A stretch of DNA of 64,000 nucleotides from the human T2T-CHM13v2.0 reference genome, Homo sapiens. The DNA lies in the NCBI RefSeq assembly GCF_009914755.1, contig NC_060930.1; one strand, given 5' to 3'. Below, in pieces: positions 57,027 to 64,000 of this stretch. Every line of letters begins with the position of its first letter. Position 1 is the stretch's first letter. The notes beneath the pieces were generated by a model, which had not been told where the DNA came from, did not search any database, and saw only the letters and a program-made list of their open reading frames with translations. The position numbers were made by a program, and so were the translations under genes.

Positions 57027-57680
57027 TAAAGATTCTATTTCTATAGAAGAAAGGGACAATGAATATTAGGAAATAACCTGCTGTGTGGCCCTTAGTGACC
57101 AAATAGATTCTTTATGAGATGACCTTTTTGTTAAGGTGGGAAAACTTGAGCAGTGCACAGTTTTCCTGGCACTGGAGAAATCTTTGAGCAAGGTGCTATC
57201 TGGAAAAGTGGAACCCTGGTCACATGGGAGGACATGGAGTCTCTCAGGCACAATGAGCCATGACATCCCTTTTCCTCTTTCTCTTAGGTCTACATTGAAT
57301 ACGTCTTTGCTGCTCTGGGATCCATCCTCCAGTCTTCAGTCAGCTAAGAAAATGACCTGTGGGCACGTTGGCTTCCTTTCTTCGGATTAAGTGGTTGTTC
57401 AGAGAGAGGCTGAGTCTGATTGTTTACACAAGAAGGAAGTGAACACTGGCTGTGTGCCTGGCACTGTTAGGAGCCATCAAACCATGTCCAGAAAGGACGC
57501 AGGGAAAGGAGATGTCGATGTTTCCAGACATTTTGTGATGTGAAGAGAGCGCCTGAAGGTAAGTTGGGAAAAACGGTTCTAGTTTTTGTTCTGCTGTTTT
57601 CAAGTTTGACTTCTCAGAACCAGTTTCCTCGCCTATAACATGAGACATTTGGATTCTATCTATAAACTTTGGGCTCTTTC

Positions 57681-58183
57681 TGTAACAGAAACTACCACCT
57701 CATCTGGAAAAACAATTATTTTCCTTTTTTTTCCTTTTATCCCCCTTCTTTCTATGCTAGGTTTTTGATGATGCTTAACTCACGTGCTTTGCTTAAAGAA
57801 CTGCAGGGACTGACCTGAAACGCTAAGCATGGAATCCAGGTTGCAGAACATCCCACTCTGGAAAGAAGGCTGAGCAGTTCATCTGTATTCCTGTTGCAAT
57901 CAAGCTAATGCCAGCCAGACCACCAGGTGGCCCATTATTCAAGACAGTCATTGAGACTAGACAGACTGACCAGCATGTATTCAGCTCTTGTACATAATTC
58001 CCCCAGACTCCCCCTCGCATAACACCCCTGGCCAGCCTGAGAAATTCGAGATGGTCTTTGTGACACTAGCCCACCATCTCCTCAGGTTGCCAGCTCTTCA
58101 TAAACCTACTTCTCCTCCGACCAACTCTTGTGTCTCCAGTTTGGCTCTCAAGGAGCGAGCAGCCGAACCTAGGTTCAGTGACA
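57681..58183 (+). mobile_element. ERV1-class solo LTR (MER31/MER67-like)
   Basis: tgtaacag...gagcagccgaacctaggttcagtgaca, with a 4-bp TSD TTTC on both sides. Confidence 0.7.
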
Positions 58184-58946
58184 TTTCTAAATGCTATGAC
58201 ATACAGGCTGTAAGCACTCACAAGGCAAGCAACATGAACTCAATTCCCTGAGTCATGGGAAATGACGGGCTCCTATGACTACCTTTGTTTAAAGTGAAAA
58301 GGAAATACAGGTAAACTTAGAGTGCCCAGAATTGAGATGGAAAGCTTTTATTCTTGGGGAACTGTAAGTAAGATGATGTGCATGTGAAAAAAACCCACAA
58401 ACTACAAGTCCCAAAGAGTAGTGGAAAGCCTGCCCTTTAGATTGGAACAGTGAGCCCAATGGGCAAGGGTTCCAGTTGAGACTCATCCTGTGGAGTGGAG
58501 CCCAGGTTTCCATAAAGGTCCCACGATGACTGGAAGTGACTTCGCAAACCCCACCCCTCTACTCCCTCCATGCTGCATCTCAGGGTCAGGGCTGGGGCAG
58601 GAAGCAAATTGCACACCTGTAACATGAAGACAAGCGAAAGGATTTAAGGTGAAGAAGGTTAGGATGGAAGCCCTCCTAGTAATTCATTGGTGTTGGAGAG
58701 ATGACTGTATTTCTACCTCGGTGAAAGCCAAGCTTTTAATTCAATATCACTCCAAAAACACAAATTACAAGTTGTGTGATACACAGACGATTAACCCACC
58801 TAATAATTAAATTAAAAAACACTTTTTGAGGGAACAAATTAGATTATGTTTTCCGAATCAGCAGCTTAGAGATTTTTATTACCTATTAATAAAAATTATC
58901 TAAACATCCATCACCATAACTTTTCCTCTACTTTGTTTCCATTTCT

Positions 58947-59261
<315 letters not shown>

Positions 59262-60296
59262 TTTGTTTCCATTTCTATAGTATAGTTTCAATTTTGTGTC
59301 TGTGCAAATAAAAGTGTCCAGCAATATGAAAGAAAAAAAATTTTTAGGCTTTTTACATTTTTCAATTGTTTTCTTCAGTGTGTCTTGATTCATTTTTTAT
59401 TTCCCTCTTCAGATTCTCTCCTAGTTTTGTTGTGTTTTTTTTTAAGTTTTAATCAGTGATTCACCATCAATGATTCTCCACCTTATAGCTCTCCTCTTCA
59501 TCTGTAGTAACACAGTGCTGGCACGTAGGAGGCACTCAATGAATATTTGACAAGCGAATGAACTCATGTCAATGGTTCTCAATATTTGGAATAAAGGCCA
59601 CTTTAGGCATGTGGTGATAGCAATAGATTCTTTCCTCTGGTAATGGAACACACACACGATTTTACATGACAGTTTCAGGGGATTCATAAAGCCCATCTTC
59701 TGACCTAGGGTTCTTTAAACCCCAGATATCACATTAAAGTGCTACTGTGTTTGGAAACACTAGAAGATATTTGTTGTAGGTTCCGGGTATAAGGGAAGAT
59801 GGTGTCCGATATTAAATTTATGACTTGGTAATTCGAGACACTCTCCCTCACAACTGATCTGGGAGGCACTGTCTGTAATGAAGAAAAAATGGTACCCAAA
59901 GCATCAGTCCATAAAACTAATTTAGCACACTCTACCCAAAGGGACGCCATCTGTCTGAATAACAAAGTGTAAATAAGCTCAGAGGATGTAGATATGGTAT
60001 CTTCTCAGACTTTAGACCTCCACAGGAATCCCACGGGAATCATGTTAGAATGCAGATTCTGACTCAGTGGGCTCGAGGTGAGGCCGATATTCTGCATTTC
60101 TGACTTGCTCTCAGGGGTTGCCATGCAGCTGGTCTATTCACAGATCACAATTTGAGTACCCAGGCCTCAGAGCATCCTCAGTACCCCAAGTGTACTGTTC
60201 CTCTGCACCTCTCTTCCAAAACGTATCCTCACATATACCAGCTTTCAAAAGCACATTTCAAACTTTGTTACTTGCTCATATAAAGTTGGGTGTTAA

Positions 60297-60962
<666 letters not shown>

Positions 60963-61548
60963 AATAAAAGAAAACTGAGGATACAAGGAGTTAAATAGGT
61001 TCAAACTCTAGCCGGGAAAGGGCAGGCCTCCCACCCAGTTACTCTTTGACCAACTCACTGGCTCACATGTGCGTTCAGAAGGCGTTGCTGAACACTGGCA
61101 AGGTGCAGGCATCCAAAGGATAGGGAGGAGATTGGTTTTGCCAGTTTAGCACTCTTTCCCAAACGACTTTCTTGGTGAGGCCATGCCAGGCCTTTTTTCC
61201 CCTGCACCTCATTGTTACGTAAATGAGTATGTGTTTCCAAGAAGGTTAAACCCCGGGCCAAATAGATGTGGACATTTGTTTGTTTCTTTTCTCTCAGACT
61301 GGGGATATTTGAATTGTTTCCACTGACCTCGCTTTAGGGAAAGTGTGGAAAAGCAGGGCATAGTTCTTGCCCTAAACAGAGTTCAGGCAAAGGGCTCCCA
61401 TGCAAACTTTAGTATCTCTCCTATAAACCCAGAACCCAGGCTTCTGGGTCATAGCGGTAATACTTTGGTCTATATCAGGATTTTCCAGCCTTGGCACTAT
61501 TGACATTTTGGGCAGAATAATTACTGGTTGAGGGAGGGGCTGTCCTGT

Positions 61549-62182
61549 TGATAGGGCTCTGCTGAGTGGAGGAACACCAGGACTCTTGTCTCATGCGACT
61601 TTGATAAAATGACATGGACACACATGAAGTGGTTTTAAGGAGCAGAGAGTTTAATAGGCAAGAAAGAAGGAAGAAGAAAGAAGGAAGAAGCTTCCCTGTA
61701 CAGAGACGGAGGGGGGCTCCAAAGCTGACAGAGGACACCCCAGGTGCAACAGCACAGGGACTGCTTATATGAGGAGGCTGGAGAAGGCGGTGTCTGATTT
61801 GCGTAGGGCTCAGGGGATTGGTTTGACCAGGCATGTCATTCACGTAGCCTGCGAAAAAACTGGCCCTCCCACCCTAGCCTTTTAATATGCAAATGCAGGG
61901 CACCAGGACGTTCTACACACAGGGATATGTGAGGGCGGCCATGTTGCCTGACACATGTTGGGGCAAGGGCAAGAAGAAGATGGAAGGAATCACCATGTTC
62001 GGGTGGACCCAGTTTCTAATGGTTGGCATTTGCATATCAAAGGTTGCCAGCCTGGCTCCTAGAGGCAGGGCTTTCCTGCTAGATGAGAAATGTTTCTGGA
62101 GCTGCTTTAAAAGAAACAACTTTCCAAGGACCCCTTTTCCTCTCTATCTGCCTAAAATAATTTCTTAATAACTCCTATAACA
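61549..62182 (-). mobile_element. LTR9B-like ERV1 solo LTR
   Basis: Reverse complement starts tgttataggagttattaagaaattattttaggcagatag. Near-TSD ctgt/ctgc. Two octamer motifs. Confidence 0.7.
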
Positions 62183-62195
62183 CTGCGCTTCGTTG

Positions 62196-62755
62196 TGTTA
62201 AATAGAGCGAACTCCAGGTTTCTCTTCAAAGAATCAGTAGGTTAGTATGTTCAGCTCTCTTATTCTTTGTTCTCCATTTTACAGTTTAACTTCCTGGTTC
62301 TCTTCGCCCCCTTGCCTCTAGTTTCAGTAAACAAGTTTCCTGCCAGTTCTAATTAGTAGTTCACATCTGTTCCCCTGGTCACCTTCTCCGTCCTGAGTCA
62401 CCCCGGTCACCTGCTCTGACCTGAATCATCCTGAGTCACCTGTTCCGTAACCGCCCTTCCCGCCAAACTACTCACCCTACCACTCCAGCTCGTACCCCTG
62501 CTCTCTTTAAAATAGCCAATCGGAATTAGCTTAGACTGTGCGGTCCAACCCTAGCCAATAGGGGAATGACACAGCAGTAGGGGCTACCTGTGTCAGGAAT
62601 AAGAACCCCTTCCCTTCCCCTGTTCAGGTGTGCTCTCGCCACTGCTCCATCTGCAAGTCACACCCTTCTATAGAAGTAAAAATTGCCTTGCTGAGAAAAT
62701 TAAATTTATGTTTGAGTGCTATTTCTTTGGTGGTATCAAAAATTTATTTATAATA
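62196..62755 (+). mobile_element. LTR10-family (HERV-I/IP10) solo LTR
   Basis: tgttaaat...tttctcttcaaagaatcagtaggttagtatgttcag...ttgccttgctgagaaaattaaatt. Near-TSD gttg/gtag. TGAGTCA repeats. Confidence 0.75.
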
Positions 62756-64000
62756 GTAGGATGCCCAGCAGTTTCCCTGGCCTGTGCCCATTAGATGCCA
62801 GGAGCACACATTCCCCACCCCACATCAAACTATCAAAACTGACCATCAAAAATGTCTCCAGACATTGCCAAACGCCCCCTGAGAGGCAAAATCATCCCTG
62901 ATTGAGAACCACTGGTTTTGCTTATGCTTGGTCCTGTGAGGGTTGAAAGATGAGAAGCACAGGATTGTTGAAGTCCTAGGAGCAAAGCTACTTCCTGGAG
63001 ATTTGTAGAGGACAGACCACCAGTGAGTCACCCTTCCCAAAACTCACATTCACACTTGCCTTACCCAGCTTAGGGTCCTCACCATCACTACAAAAGGGAA
63101 AAGAAAAAGCAAGACTTCCTTTGCTGGATGCCTTGGGCACGAATTAGCAAGTGAATTGGCTCTGCCCAGCTCATAACTACTCTAGAGAGAGCTTTTTAGG
63201 GGAGGGGAGAGAGACAGAGAGACAGAGACAGCAGGGGAAACAAGAAGGCCACACCCACTTAAAAGGGAGCAGCAATTTGCTCCCAGGAGAGAGACAGCAC
63301 GGCAAAAGGCTCGGGGAGAAATGGCTCCCATCATACCTGGAAAGAGAACAGGGATGTGCTGCCCAGAGTGTCAGGTATCAATGTGCCAAGGTCCAGCTCC
63401 TCTAGCATTTCCCAGTGGCTCAACTGCAGGGATTCCTTGGATGCAACTCAGTTATATCTGGCCCCGCATTCTAGCTCTTGCCCAGGTCTTGCACATCCAT
63501 GTTCTACACTACAACACACATACGTCCACTCCTAGAAAATTCCAAAAGTACAGTGTGCTGCCTTCCCAGAAGCTCCCATTCTACAATAAAGCTAAACAGT
63601 GAGCTCAGGCACAAGGCCCAGTCAACACTGTCAGGAACCAACGCCTCGGACAGGATCCAAGATCAAGCCATGGTGCACCAAACCCAGCACCGAATGACAG
63701 GCCTTGGTGTGGCCTGGAGTCAACACTATTCACAAAGTGCCAAGTGTTTAACATGGAGAAAAGAAGCAATAAGCCAACCACCAAAGCGAAACCCAAGCCC
63801 ACAAAGATCAATGGGTTTTCAGTCCCTTTACTGAGCTTCTTACTGCAGGCAGGTTTTATGCCAGCCCAGGACAGTTTGCTCAGCCACCAAATCTCCCAGC
63901 AAAGGGAATTTTTCCTTTTCTCTTCCATCATGAACCCTCTTTCCCCCATCCTCCAACTCTGCCTTCCTGCCCATTCCTGGTGCAACTTCACTTTTTTCTC

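Larger units (their letters stand above)
61476..62914. mobile_element. MER20 hAT element split by two LTRs
   Basis: ttggcactattgacattttgggcagaataatt...ggctgtcctgt [LTR] ctgcgcttcgttg [LTR] gtaggatgcccagcag...attgagaaccactg. Confidence 0.85.

Overview
Primate (human-like) genomic DNA made mostly of interspersed repeats: L1PA and L1M LINEs, about 14 Alus, MaLR, ERV1 and ERVL solo LTRs, MER5/MER20 DNA transposons and MIR. I found no host protein-coding exon I can support. The listed ORFs are L1 ORF2 remnants, Alu or LTR read-throughs, or chance ORFs. The most striking structure is at 18935-19517. A full-length, almost perfect 5S rRNA copy is fused directly to the ANTISENSE 5' leader and gag start of a HERV-E-like retrovirus, and the 5S 3' end is complementary to the gag codons at the junction. 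There is no poly(A) and no TSD. This looks like the fossil of a reverse transcription primed by 5S rRNA instead of tRNA, and it may still be a Pol III unit producing a 5S/anti-ERV chimeric RNA. Other notable structures: a tailless 5S fragment, two L1 3' transductions (one with a twin-priming inversion), two locally templated insertions, and two back-to-back divergent LTRs (LTR9B-like and LTR10-like) inside a MER20. All repeat family names were recognised from memory, not from a database search.
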